Source: Nemertoderma westbladi | Taxonomy: Eukaryota; Animalia; Xenacoelomorpha | DNA: 64,000 nt | Assembly (NCBI GenBank): GCA_032718475.1 | Contig: JAUCBJ010007720.1 | Span: forward strand, 65,514-129,513 | Reading direction: 5' to 3' | Part shown: piece after piece, positions 15,001-30,000 of the stretch | How positions within the stretch are numbered: the first letter of the stretch is position 1 | How the letters are laid out: the number at the start of each line of letters is the position of its first letter | The notes under the pieces: model-generated | The model's database searches: none | The model's input: only the letters and a program-made list of their open reading frames with translations | What the model was told of the DNA's origin: nothing | Made by a program: the position numbers and the translations under genes

Positions 15001-18000
15001 ATGTATCAATCCAGAGTAGGCCTACCTGTACGTACAACATGTATCAATCCAGAGTAGGTCTACCTGTAATTATAACATGTATCAATCCAGAGTATATCTA
15101 CCTGTAACTACAACATGTATCAATCCAGAGTAGGTCTACCTGTAAGTACAACATGTATCTATCCAGAGTAGGTCTATCTGTAAGTATAACATGTATCAAT
15201 CCAGAGTATATCTACCTGTAACTACAACATGTATCAATCCAGAGTAGGTCTACCTGTAAGTACAACATGTATCTATCCAGAGTAGGTCTATCTGTAAGTA
15301 TAACATGTATCAATCCAGAGTATATCTACCTGTAACTACAACATGTATCAATCCAGAGTAGGTCTACCTGTAAGTACAACATGTATCTATCCAGAGTAGG
15401 CCTATCTGTAAGTATAACATGTATCAATCCAGAGTATATCTACCTGTAACTACAACATGTATCAATCCAGAGTAGGTCTACCTGTAAGTACAACATGTAT
15501 CTATCCAGAGTAGGTCTATCTGTAAGTATAACATGTATCAATCCAGAGTATATCTACCTGTAACTACAACATGTATCAATCCAGAGTAGGTCTACCTGTA
15601 AGTACAACATGTATCAATCCAGAGTAGGTCTATCTGTACGTACAACATGTATCAATCCAGAGTAGGTCTATCTGTACGTACAACATGTATCAATCCAGAG
15701 TAGGTCTATCTGTAAGTATAACATGTATCAATCCAGAGTATATCTACCTGTAACTACAACATGTATCAATCCAGAGTAGGTCTATCTGTACGTACAACAT
15801 GTATCAATCCAGAGTAGGTCTATCTGTAAGTACAACATGTATCAATCCAGAGTAGACCTATCTGTAAGTACAACATGTATCAATCCAGAGTAGGTCTATC
15901 TGTACGTACAACACATATCAATCCAGAGTAGACCTATCTGTAAGTACAACATGTATCAATCCAGAGTAGGCCTATCTGTAAGTACAACATGTATCAATCC
16001 AGAGTAGGTCTATCTGTAAGTACAACATGTATCAATCCAGAGTAGGCCTATCTGTAAGTACAACATGTATCAATCCAGAGTAGGTCTATCTGTAAGTACA
16101 ACATGTATCAATCCAGAGTAGGCCTATCTGTAAGTACAACACATATCAATCCAGAGTAGGCCTATCTGTAAGTACAACATGTATCAATCCAGAGTAGGCC
16201 TACCTGTAAGTACAACATGTATCAATCCAGAGTAGACCTATCTGTAAGTACAACATGTATCAATCCAGAGTAGGCCTACCTGTAAGTACAACATGTATCA
16301 ATCCAGAGTAGACCTACCTGTACGTACAACATGTATCAATCCAGAGTAGGCCTATCTGTAAGTACAACATGTATCAATCCAGAGTAGGCCTATCTGTAAG
16401 TACAACATGTATCAATCCAGAGTAGGTCTATCTGTAAGTACAACATGTATCAATCCAGAGTAGGTCTATCTGTAAGTACAACACATATCAATCCAGAGTA
16501 GGCCTATCTGTAAGTACAACATGTATCAATCCAGAGTAGGCCTACCTGTAAGTACAACATGTATCAATCCAGAGTAGACCGACCTGTAAGTACAACATGT
16601 ATCAATCCAGAGTAGGCCTACCTGTAAGTACAACATGTATCAATCCAAAGTAGGTCTATCTGTAAGTACAACATGTATCAATCCAGAGTAGGTCTATCTG
16701 TAAGTACAACACATATCAATCCAGAGTAGGCCTATCTGTAAGTACAACATGTATCAATCCAGAGTAGGCCTACCTGTAAGTACAACATGTATCAATCCAG
16801 AGTAGACCGACCTGTAAGTACAACATGTATCAATCCAGAGTAGGCCTATCTGTAAGTACAACATGTATCAATCCAGAGTAGGTCTATCTGTACGTACAAC
16901 ATGTATCAATCCAGAGTAGGCCTATCTGTAAGTATAACATGTATCAATCCAGAGTAGGTCTATCTGTAAGTATAACATGTATCAATCCAGAGTATATCTA
17001 CCTGTAACTACAACATGTATCAATCCAGAGTAGGTCTATCTGTAAGTACAAAATGTATCAATACAGAGTAGACCTACCTGTAAGTACAACATGTATCAAT
17101 CCAGAGTAGGCCTACCTGTAAGTACAACATGTATCAATCCAGAGTAGACCTACCTGTACGTACAACATGTATCAATCCAGAGTAGGCCTATCTGTAAGTA
17201 CAACATGTATCAATCCAGAGTAGGCCTATCTGTAAGTACAACATGTATCAATCCAGAGTAGGTCTATCTGTAAGTACAACATGTATCAATCCAGAGTAGG
17301 CCTATCTGTAAGTACAGCATGTATCAATCCAGAGTAGGCCTATCTGTACGTACAACATGTATCAATCCAGAGTAGGCCTACCTGTAAGTACAACATGTAT
17401 CAATCCAGAGTAGGTCTATCTGTAAGTATAACATGTATCAATCCAGAGTATATCTACCTGTAACTACAACATGTATCAATCCAGAGTAGGTCTATCTGTA
17501 AGTACAACATGTATCAATCCAGAGTAGGTCTATCTGTAAGTACAACACATATCAATCCAGAGTAGACCTATCTGTAAGTACAACATGTATCAATCCAGAG
17601 TATATCTACCTGTAACTACAACATGTATCAATCCAGAGTAGGCCTATCTGTAAGTACAACATGTATCAATCCAGAGTAGGTCTATCTGTAAGTACAACAT
17701 GTATCAATCCAGAGTAGGCCTATCTGTAAGTACAACATGTATCAATCCAGAGTAGGTCTATCTGTAAGTACAACATGTATCAATCCAGAGTATATCTACC
17801 TGTAACTACAACATGTATCAATCCAGAGTAGGCCTATCTGTAAGTACAACATGTATCAATCCAGAGTATATCTACCTGTAACTACAACATGTATCAATCC
17901 AGAGTAGGCCTATCTGTAAGTACAACATGTATCAATCCAGAGTATATCTACCTGTAACTACAACATGTATCAATCCAGAGTAGGCCTATCTGTAAGTACA

Positions 18001-21000
18001 AAATGTATCAATACAGAGTAGGCCTACCTGTAAGTACAACATGTATCAATCCAGAGTAGGTCTATCTGTAAGTACAACATGTATCAATCCAGAGTAGGTC
18101 TATCTGTAAGTACAACATGTATCAATCCAGAGTAGGTCTATCTGTAAGTACAACATGTATCAATCCAGAGTAGGCCTATCTGTAAGTACAAAATGTATCA
18201 ATACAGAGTAGACCTATCTGTAAGTACAACATGTATCAATCCAGAGTAGGCCTATCTGTAACTACAAAATGTATCAATCCAGAGTAGGCCTATCTGTAAG
18301 TATAACATGTATCAATCCAGAGTATATCTACCTGTAACTACAACATGTATCAATCCAGAGTAGGTCTATCTGTAAGTACAACATGTATCAATCCAGAGTA
18401 GGCCTATCTGTAAGTATAACATGTATCAATCCAGAGTATATCTACCTGTAACTACAACATGTATCAATCCAGAGTAGGCCTATCTGTAAGTACAAAATGT
18501 ATCAATACAGAGTAGACCTACCTGTAAGTACAACATGTATCAATCCAGAGTAGGTCTATCTGTAAGTACAACATGTATCAATCCAGAGTAGGTCTATCTG
18601 TAAGTACAACATGTATCAATCCAGAGTAGGCCTATCTGTAAGTACAAAATGTATCAATACAGAGTAGACCTACCTGTAAGTACAACATGTATCAATCCAG
18701 AGTAGGTCTATCTGTAAGTACAACATGTATCAATCCAGAGTAGGTCTATCTGTAAGTACAACATGTATCAATCCAGAGTAGGTCTATCTGTAAGTACAAC
18801 ATGTATCAATCCAGAGTAGGCCTATCTGTAAGTACAACATGTATCAATCCAGAGTAGGTCTATCTGTAAGTACAACATGTATCAATCCAGAGTAGGTCTA
18901 TCTGTAAGTACAACATGTATCAATCCAGAGTAGGTCTATCTGTAAGTACAACATGTATCAATCCAGAGTAGGCCTATCTGTAAGTACAAAATGTATCAAT
19001 ACAGAGTAGACCTATCTGTAAGTACAACATGTATCAATCCAGAGTAGGCCTATCTGTAACTACAAAATGTATCAATCCAGAGTAGGCCTATCTGTAAGTA
19101 TAACATGTATCAATCCAGAGTAGGCCTATCTGTAAGTATAACATGTATCAATCCAGAGTATATCTACCTGTAACTACAACATGTATCAATCCAGAGTAGG
19201 TCTATCTGTAAGTACAACATGTATCAATCCAGAGTAGGTCTATCTGTACGTACAACATGTATCAATACAGAGTAGACCTATCTGTAACTACAACATGTAT
19301 CAATCCAGAGTAGGTCTATCTGTAAGTACAACATGTATCAATCCAGAGTAGGCCTACCTGTAAGTACAACATGTATCAATCCAGAGTAGGCCTATCTGTA
19401 AGTATAACATGTATCAATCCAGAGTATATCTACCTGTAACTACAACATGTATCAATCCAGAGTAGGCCTATCTGTAAGTACAAAATGTATCAATACAGAG
19501 TAGACCTACCTGTAAGTACAACATGTATCAATCCAGAGTAGGCCTATCTGTAAGTATAACATGTATCAATCCAGAGTAGGCCTATCTGTAAGTACAACAT
19601 GTATCAATACAGAGTAGACCTATCTGTAACTACAACATGTATCAATCCAGAGTAGGTCTATCTGTAAGTACAACATGTATCAATCCAGAGTAGGTCTATC
19701 TGTAAGTACAACATGTATCAATCCAGAGTAGGCCTATCTGTAAGTACAAAATGTATCAATACAGAGTAGACCTACCTGTAAGTACAACATGTATCAATCC
19801 AGAGTAGGTCTATCTGTAAGTACAACATGTATCAATCCAGAGTAGGTCTATCTGTAAGTACAACATGTATCAATCCAGAGTAGGCCTATCTGTAAGTACA
19901 AAATGTATCAATACAGAGTAGACCTATCTGTAAGTACAACATGTATCAATCCAGAGTAGGCCTATCTGTAAGTATAACATGTATCAATCCAGAGTATATC
20001 TACCTGTAACTACAACATGTATCAATCCAGAGTAGGCCTATCTGTAAGTACAAAATGTATCAATACAGAGTAGGCCTCTCTGTAAGTAAAGCATGTATCA
20101 ATCCAGAGTAGGTCTATCTGTACGTACAACATGTATCAATACAGAGTAGACCTATCTGTAAGTACAACATGTATCAATCCAGAGTAGGCCTATCTGTAAG
20201 TATAACATGTATCAATCCAGAGTATATCTACCTGTAACTACAACATGTATCAATCCAGAGTAGGCCTATCTGTAAGTACAAAATGTATCAATACAGAGTA
20301 GACCTATCTGTAAGTACAACATGTATCAATCCAGAGTAGGCCTATCTGTAAGTATAACATGTATCAATCCAGAGTATATCTACCTGTAACTACAACATGT
20401 ATCAATCCAGAGTAGGCCTATCTGTAAGTACAAAATGTATCAATACAGAGTAGACCTATCTGTAAGTACAACATGTATCAATCCAGAGTAGGCCTATCTG
20501 TAAGTATAACATGTATCAATCCAGAGTATATCTACCTGTAACTACAACATGTATCAATCCAGAGTAGGCCTATCTGTAAGTACAAAATGTATCAATACAG
20601 AGTAGACCTATCTGTAAGTACAACATGTATCAATCCAGAGTAGGCCTCTCTGTAAGTAAAGCATGTATCAATCCAGAGTAGGTCTATCTGTACGTACAAC
20701 ATGTATCAATACAGAGTAGACCTATCTGTAAGTACAACATGTATCAATACAGAGTAGACCTATCTGTAAGTACAACATGTATCAATCCAGAGTATATCTA
20801 CCTGTAACTACAACATGTATCAATCCAGAGTAGGCCTATCTGTAAGTACAAAATGTATCAATCCAGAGTAGGCCTATCTGTAAGTACTACATGTATCAAT
20901 CCAGAGTAGACCTATCTGTAAGTACAACATGTATCAATCCAGAGTAGACCTATCTGTAAGTACAACATGTATCAATCCAGAGTAGACCTACCTGTATCTG

Positions 21001-24000
21001 TAAGTACAACATGTATCAATCCAGAGTAGGCCTATCTGTAAGTATAACATGTATCAATCCAGAGTAGACCTATCTGTAAGTACAACATGTATCAATCCAG
21101 AGTAGACCTACCTGTATCTGTAAGTACAACATGTATCAATCCAGAGTAGGCCTATCTGTAAGTATAACATGTATCAATCCAGAGTATATCTACCTGTAAC
21201 TACAACATGTATCAATCCAGAGTAGGCCTATCTGTAAGTACAAAATGTATCAATACAGAGTAGACCTATCTGTAAGTACAACATGTATCAATCCAGAGTA
21301 GGCCTCTCTGTAAGTAAAGCATGTATCAATCCAGAGTAGGTCTATCTGTACGTACAACATGTATCAATACAGAGTAGACCTATCTGTAAGTACAACATGT
21401 ATCAATACAGAGTAGACCTATCTGTAAGTACAACATGTATCAATCCAGAGTATATCTACCTGTAACTACAACATGTATCAATCCAGAGTAGGCCTATCTG
21501 TAAGTACAAAATGTATCAATCCAGAGTAGGCCTATCTGTAAGTACTACATGTATCAATCCAGAGTAGACCTATCTGTAAGTACAACATGTATCAATCCAG
21601 AGTAGACCTACCTGTATCTGTAAGTACAACATGTATCAATCCAGAGTAGACCTATCTGTACGTACAACATGTATCAATCCAGAGTAGGCCTACCTGTAAG
21701 TACAACATGTATCAATCCAGAGTAGGCCTATCTGTAAGTACAACATGTATCAATCCAGAGTAGACCTATCTGTAAGTACAACATGTATCAATCCAGAGTA
21801 GGCCTATCTGTAAGTACTACATGTATCAATCCAGAGTAGGCCTACCTGTAAGTACAACATGTATCAATCCAGAGTAGACCTACCTGTAAGTACAACATGT
21901 ATCAATCCAGAGTAGACCTACCTGTAAGTACAACATGTATCAATACAGAGTAGGCCTACCTGTAAGTACAACATGTATCAATCCAGAGTAGGCCTATCTG
22001 TAAGTACTACATGTATCAATCCAGAGTAGGCCTACCTGTAAGTACAACATGTATCAATCCAGAGTATATCTACCTGTAACTACAACATGTATCAATCCAG
22101 AGTAGACCTACCTGTAAGTACAACATGTATCAATACAGAGTAGGCCTACCTGTAAGTACAACATGTATCAATCCAGAGTAGGCCTACCTGTAAGTACAAC
22201 ATGTATCAATCCAGAGTAGGCCTATCTGTAAGTACTACATGTATCAATCCAGAGTAGACCTATCTGTAAGTATAACATGTATCAATCCAGAGTATATCTA
22301 CCTGTAACTACAACATGTATCAATCCAGAGTAGACCTACCTGTAAGTACAACATGTATCAATACAGAGTAGGCCTACCTGTAAGTACAACATGTATCAAT
22401 CCAGAGTAGGCCTATCTGTAAGTACTACATGTATCAATCCAGAGTAGACCTATCTGTAAGTACAACATGTATCAATCCAGAGTAGACCTACCTGTATCTG
22501 TAAGTACAACATGTATCAATCCAGAGTAGGCCTACCTGTAAGTACAACATGTATCAATCCAGATTAGGCCTATCTGTAAGTATAACATGTATCAATCCAG
22601 AGTATATCTACCTGTAAGTACAACATGTATCAATCCAGAGTAGGCCTATCTGTAAGTACTACATGTATCAATCCAGAGTAGACCTATCTGTAAGTACAAC
22701 ATGTATCAATCCAGAGTAGACCTATCTGTAAGTACTACATGTATCAATCCAGAGTAGACCTATCTGTAAGTATAACATGTATCAATCCAGAGTATATCTA
22801 CCTGTAAGTACAACATGTATCAATCCAGAGTAGGCCTATCTGTAAGTACTACATGTATCAATCCAGAGTAGACCTATCTGTAAGTACAACATGTATCAAT
22901 CCAGAGTAGACCTATCTGTAAGTACTACATGTATCAATCCAGAGTATATCTACCTGTAACTACAACATGTATCAATCCAGAGTAGGTCTATCTGTAAGTA
23001 CAACATGTATCAATCCAGAGTAGGTCTATCTGTAAGTACAACATGTATCAATCCAGAGTAGGCCTACCTGCAAGTACAACATGTATCAATCCAGAGTAGG
23101 CCTCTCTGTAAGTAAAGCATGTATCAATCCAGAGTAGGTCTATCTGTACGTACAACATGTATCAATACAGAGTAGACCTATCTGTAAGTACAACATGTAT
23201 CAATCCAGAGTAGGCCTATCTGTAAGTATAACATGTATCAATCCAGAGTATATCTACCTGTAACTACAACATGTATCAATCCAGAGTAGGCCTATCTGTA
23301 AGTACAAAATGTATCAATACAGAGTAGACCTATCTGTAAGTACAACATGTATCAATCCAGAGTAGGCCTCTCTGTAAGTAAAGCATGTATCAATCCAGAG
23401 TAGGTCTATCTGTAAGTACAACATGTATCAATCCAGAGTAGGCCTCTCTGTAAGTAAAGCATGTATCAATCCAGAGTAGGTCTATCTGTAACTACAACAT
23501 GTATCAATCCAGAGTAGGTCTATCTGTAAGTACAACATGTATCAATCCAGAGTAGGCCTACCTGCAAGTACAACATGTATCAATCCAGAGTAGGCCTCTC
23601 TGTAAGTAAAGCATGTATCAATCCAGAGTAGGTCTATCTGTACGTACAACATGTATCAATACAGAGTAGACCTATCTGTAAGTACAACATGTATCAATCC
23701 AGAGTAGGCCTATCTGTAAGTATAACATGTATCAATCCAGAGTATATCTACCTGTAACTACAACATGTATCAATCCAGAGTAGGCCTATCTGTAAGTACA
23801 AAATGTATCAATACAGAGTAGACCTATCTGTAAGTACAACATGTATCAATCCAGAGTAGGCCTATCTGTAAGTATAACATGTATCAATCCAGAGTATATC
23901 TACCTGTAACTACAACATGTATCAATCCAGAGTAGGCCTATCTGTAAGTACAAAATGTATCAATACAGAGTAGACCTATCTGTAAGTACAACATGTATCA

Positions 24001-27000
24001 ATCCAGAGTAGGCCTATCTGTAAGTATAACATGTATCAATCCAGAGTATATCTACCTGTAACTACAACATGTATCAATCCAGAGTAGGCCTATCTGTAAG
24101 TACAAAATGTATCAATACAGAGTAGACCTATCTGTAAGTACAACATGTATCAATCCAGAGTAGGCCTATCTGTAAGTACTACATGTATCAATCCAGAGTA
24201 GACCTATCTGTAAGTACAACATGTATCAATCCAGAGTAGACCTACCTGTATCTGTAAGTACAACATGTATCAATCCAGAGTAGGCCTACCTGTAAGTACA
24301 ACATGTATCAATCCAGATTAGGCCTATCTGTAAGTACAACATGTATCAATCCAGAGTAGACCTATCTGTACGTACAACATGTATCAATCCAGAGTAGGCC
24401 TATCTGTAAGTATAACATGTATCAATCCAGAGTATATCTACCTGTAACTACAACATGTATCAATCCAGAGTAGACCTACCTGTAAGTACAACATGTATCA
24501 ATACAGAGTAGGCCTACCTGTAAGTACAACATGTATCAATCCAGAGTAGGCCTATCTGTAAGTACTACATGTATCAATCCAGAGTAGACCTATCTGTAAG
24601 TACAACATGTATCAATCCAGAGTAGACCTACCTGTATCTGTAAGTACAACATGTATCAATCCAGAGTAGGCCTACCTGTAAGTACAACATGTATCAATCC
24701 AGATTAGGCCTATCTGTAAGTATAACATGTATCAATCCAGAGTATATCTACCTGTAAGTACAACATGTATCAATCCAGAGTAGGCCTATCTGTAAGTACT
24801 ACATGTATCAATCCAGAGTAGACCTATCTGTAAGTACAACATGTATCAATCCAGAGTAGGCCGACCTGTAAGTACAACATGTATCAATCCAGAATAGGCC
24901 TATCTGTAAGTACAACATGTATCAATCCAGAGTAGGCCTACCTGTAAGTACAACATGTATCAATCCAGAGTAGGCCTACCTGTAAGTACAGCATGTATCA
25001 ATCCAGAGTAGGCCTACCTGTAAGTACAACATGTATCAATCCAGAGTAGGCCTATCTGTAAGTACTACATGTATCAATCCAGAGTAGACCTATCTGTAAG
25101 TACAACATGTATCAATCCAGAGTAGGCCTACCTGTAAGTACAGCATGTATCAATCCAGAGTAGGCCTATCTGTAAGTACAACATGTATCAATCCAGAGTA
25201 GGTCTATCTGTACGTACAACACATATCAATCCAGAGTAGGTCTATCTGTACGTACAACATGTATCAATCCAGAGTAGGCCTACCTGTACGTACAACATGT
25301 ATCAATCCAGAGTAGGCCTATCTGTAAGTACAACATGTATCAATCCAGAGTAGGCCTATCTGTAAGTATAACATGTATCAATCCAGAGTATATCTACCTG
25401 TAAGTACAACATGTATCAATCCAGAGTAGACCTATCTGTAAGTACAACATGTATCAATCCAGAGTAGGCCTATCTGTAAGTACAACATGTATCAATCCAG
25501 AGTAGGCCTATCTGTAAGTACAACATGTATCAATCCAGAGTAGACCTACCTGTAAGTACAAAATGTATCAATACAGAGTAGACCTATCTGTAAGTACAAC
25601 ACATATCAATACAGAGTAGACCTATCTGTAAGTACAACATGTATCAATCCAGAGTAGGCCTATCTGTAAGTACAACATGTATCAATCCAGAGTAGACCTA
25701 TCTGTAAGTACAACACATATCAATACAGAGTAGACCTATCTGTAAGTACAACATGTATCAATCCAGAGTAGGCCTATCTGTAAGTACAACATGTATCAAT
25801 CCAGAGTAGACCTATCTGTAAGTACAACATGTATCAATCCAGAGTAGACCTACCTGTAAGTACAAAATGTATCAATACAGAGTAGACCTATCTGTAAGTA
25901 CAACACATATCAATACAGAGTAGACCTACCTGTAAGTACAAAATGTATCAATACAGAGTAGGCCTATCTGTAAGTACAACATGTATCAATCCAGAGTAGG
26001 TCTATCTGTAAGTACAACATGTATCAATCCAGAGTAGACCTACCTGTAAGTACAAAATGTATCAATCCAGAGTAGGCCTATCTGTAAGTACAGCATGTAT
26101 CAATACAGAGTAGACCTACCTGTAAGTACAACATGTATCAATCCAGAGTAGGCCTATCTGTAAGTACAACATGTATCAATCCAGAGTAGACCTATCTTTA
26201 AGTACAACACATATCAATCCAGAGTAGACCTACCTGTAAGTACAAAATGTATCAATACAGAGTAGACCTATCTGTAAGTACAACACATATCAATACAGAG
26301 TAGGCCAATCTGTAAGTACAACATGTATCAATCCAGAGTATATCTACCTGTAACTACAACATGTATCAATCCAGAGTAGGCCTATCTGTAAGTACAACAT
26401 GTATCTATCCAGAGTAGGCCTACCTGTACGTACAACATGTATCAATCCAGAGTAGGCCTACCTGTACGTACAACATGTATCAATCCAGAGTAGGCCTATC
26501 TGTAAGTACAACACATATCAATCCAGAGTAGACCTATCTGTAAGTACAACATGTATCAATCCAGAGTAGGCCTATCTGTACGTACAACACATATCAATCC
26601 AGAGTAGGTCTATCTGTAAGTACAACATGTATCAATCCAGAGTAGGCCTACCTGTACGTACAACATGTATCAATCCAGAGTAGGCCTATCTGTAAGTACA
26701 ACACATATCAATCCAGAGTAGACCTATCTGTAAGTACAACATGTATCAATCCAGAGTAGGCCTACCTGTACGTACAACATGTATCAATCCAGAGTAGGCC
26801 TACCTGTACGTACAACATGTATCAATCCAGAGTAGGCCTATCTGTAAGTACAACACATATCAATCCAGAGTAGACCTATCTGTAACTACAACATGTATCA
26901 ATCCAGAGTAGGTCTATCTGTACGTACAACACATATCAATCCAGAGTAGGTCTATCTGTAAGTACAACATGTATCAATCCAGAGTAGGCCTATCTGTAAG

Positions 27001-30000
27001 TACAACATGTATCAATCCAGAGTAGGCCTACCTGTAAGTACAACACATATCAATCCAGAGTAGACCTATCTGTAAGTACAACATGTATCAATCCAGAGTA
27101 GGCCTACCTGTAAGTACAACATGTATCTATCCAGAGTAGGCCTACCTGTACGTACAACATGTATCAATCCAGAGTAGGCCTATCTGTAAGTACAACACAT
27201 ATCAATCCAGAGTAGACCTATCTGTAAGTACAACATGTATCAATCCAGAGTAGGCCTACCTGTAAGTACAACATGTATCTATCCAGAGTAGGCCTACCTG
27301 TACGTACAACATGTATCAATCCAGAGTAGGCCTATCTGTAAGTACAACACATATCAATCCAGAGTAGACCTATCTGTAAGTACAACATGTATCAATCCAG
27401 AGTATATCTACCTGTAACTACAACATGTATCAATCCAGAGTAGGTCTATCTGTACGTACAACACATATCAATCCAGAGTAGGTCTATCTGTAAGTACAAC
27501 ATGTATCAATCCAGAGTAGGCCTATCTGTAAGTACAACATGTATCAATCCAGAGTAGGCCTACCTGTAAGTACAACACATATCAATCCAGAGTAGACCTA
27601 TCTGTAAGTACAACATGTATCAATCCAGAGTAGGCCTACCTGTAAGTACAACATGTATCTATCCAGAGTAGGCCTACCTGTACGTACAACATGTATCAAT
27701 CCAGAGTAGGCCTATCTGTAAGTACAACACATATCAATCCAGAGTAGACCTATCTGTAAGTACAACATGTATCAATCCAGAGTAGGCCTACCTGTAAGTA
27801 CAACATGTATCTATCCAGAGTAGGCCTACCTGTACGTACAACATGTATCAATCCAGAGTAGGCCTATCTGTAAGTACAACACATATCAATCCAGAGTAGA
27901 CCTATCTGTAAGTACAACATGTATCAATCCAGAGTATATCTACCTGTAACTACAACATGTATCAATCCAGAGTAGGCCTATCTGTAAGTACTACATGTAT
28001 CAATCCAGAGTAGGCCTACCTGTAAGTACAACATGTATCAATCCAGAGTAGACCTACCTGTAAGTACAACATGTATCAATCCAGAGTAGGCCTATCTGTA
28101 AGTACTACATGTATCAATCCAGAGTAGGCCTATCTGTAAGTACTACATGTATCAATCCAGAGTAGGCCTATCTGTAAGTACAACATGTATCAATCCAGAG
28201 TAGGCCTATCTGTAAGTACTACATGTATCAATCCAGAGTAGGCCTACCTGTAAGTACAACATGTATCAATCCAGAGTATATCTACCTGTAACTACAACAT
28301 GTATCAATCCAGAGTAGGCCTACCTGTAAGTACAACATGTATCTATCCAGAGTAGGCCTACCTGTACGTACAACATGTATCAATCCAGAGTAGGCCTATC
28401 TGTAAGTACAACACATATCAATCCAGAGTAGACCTATCTGTAAGTACAACATGTATCAATCCAGAGTAGGCCTACCTGTAAGTACAACATGTATCTATCC
28501 AGAGTAGGCCTACCTGTACGTACAACATGTATCAATCCAGAGTAGGCCTATCTGTAAGTACAACACATATCAATCCAGAGTAGGCCTATCTGTAAGTACA
28601 ACACATATCAATCCAGAGTAGACCTATCTGTAAGTACAACATGTATCAATCCAGAGTAGGCCTACCTGTAAGTACAACATGTATCAATCCAGAGTAGGCC
28701 TATCTGTAAGTACAACATGTATCAATCCAGAGTATATCTACCTGTAACTACAACATGTATCAATCCAGAGTAGGCCTACCTGTAAGTACAACATGTATCT
28801 ATCCAGAGTAGGCCTACCTGTACGTACAACATGTATCAATCCAGAGTAGGCCTATCTGTAAGTACAACACATATCAATCCAGAGTAGACCTATCTGTAAG
28901 TACAACATGTATCAATCCAGAGTAGGCCTACCTGTAAGTACAACATGTATCTATCCAGAGTAGGCCTACCTGTACGTACAACATGTATCAATCCAGAGTA
29001 GGCCTATCTGTAAGTACAACACATATCAATCCAGAGTAGGCCTATCTGTAAGTACAACACATATCAATCCAGAGTAGACCTATCTGTAAGTACAACATGT
29101 ATCTATCCAGAGTAGGCCTATCTGTAAGTACAACACATATCAATCCAGAGTAGACCTACCTGTAAGTACAACATGTATCTATCCAGAGTAGGCCTACCTG
29201 TACGTACAACATGTATCAATCCAGAGTAGGCCTATCTGTAAGTACAACACATATCAATCCAGAGTAGGCCTATCTGTAAGTACAACACATATCAATCCAG
29301 AGTAGGCCTACCTGTACGTACAACATGTATCAATCCAGAGTAGGCCTATCTGTAAGTACAACACATATCAATCCAGAGTAGGCCTATCTGTAAGTACAAC
29401 ACATATCAATCCAGAGTAGGCCTACCTGTACGTACAACATGTATCTATCCAGAGTAGGCCTACCTGTACGTACAACATGTATCAATCCAGAGTAGGCCTA
29501 TCTGTAAGTACAACACATATCAATCCAGAGTAGGCCTATCTGTAAGTACAACACATATCAATCCAGAGTAGACCTATCTGTAAGTACAACATGTATCAAT
29601 CCAGAGTAGGCCTACCTGTAAGTACAACATGTATCTATCCAGAGTAGGCCTACCTGTACGTACAACATGTATCAATCCAGAGTAGGCCTACCTGTACGTA
29701 CAACATGTATCAATCCAGAGTAGGCCTATCTGTAAGTACAACATGTATCAATCCAGAGTAGGTCTATCTGTAAGTACAACATGTATCAATCCAGAGTAGG
29801 CCTACCTGTAAGTACAACATGTATCAATCCAGAGTAGGCCTATCTGTAAGTACAACACATATCAATCCAGAGTAGGCCTATCTGTAAGTATAACATGTAT
29901 CAATCCAGAGTAGGTCTATCTGTAAGTACAACATGTATCAATCCAAAGTAGGCCTACCTGTAAGTACAACATGTATCAATCCAGAGTAGACCAACCTGTA

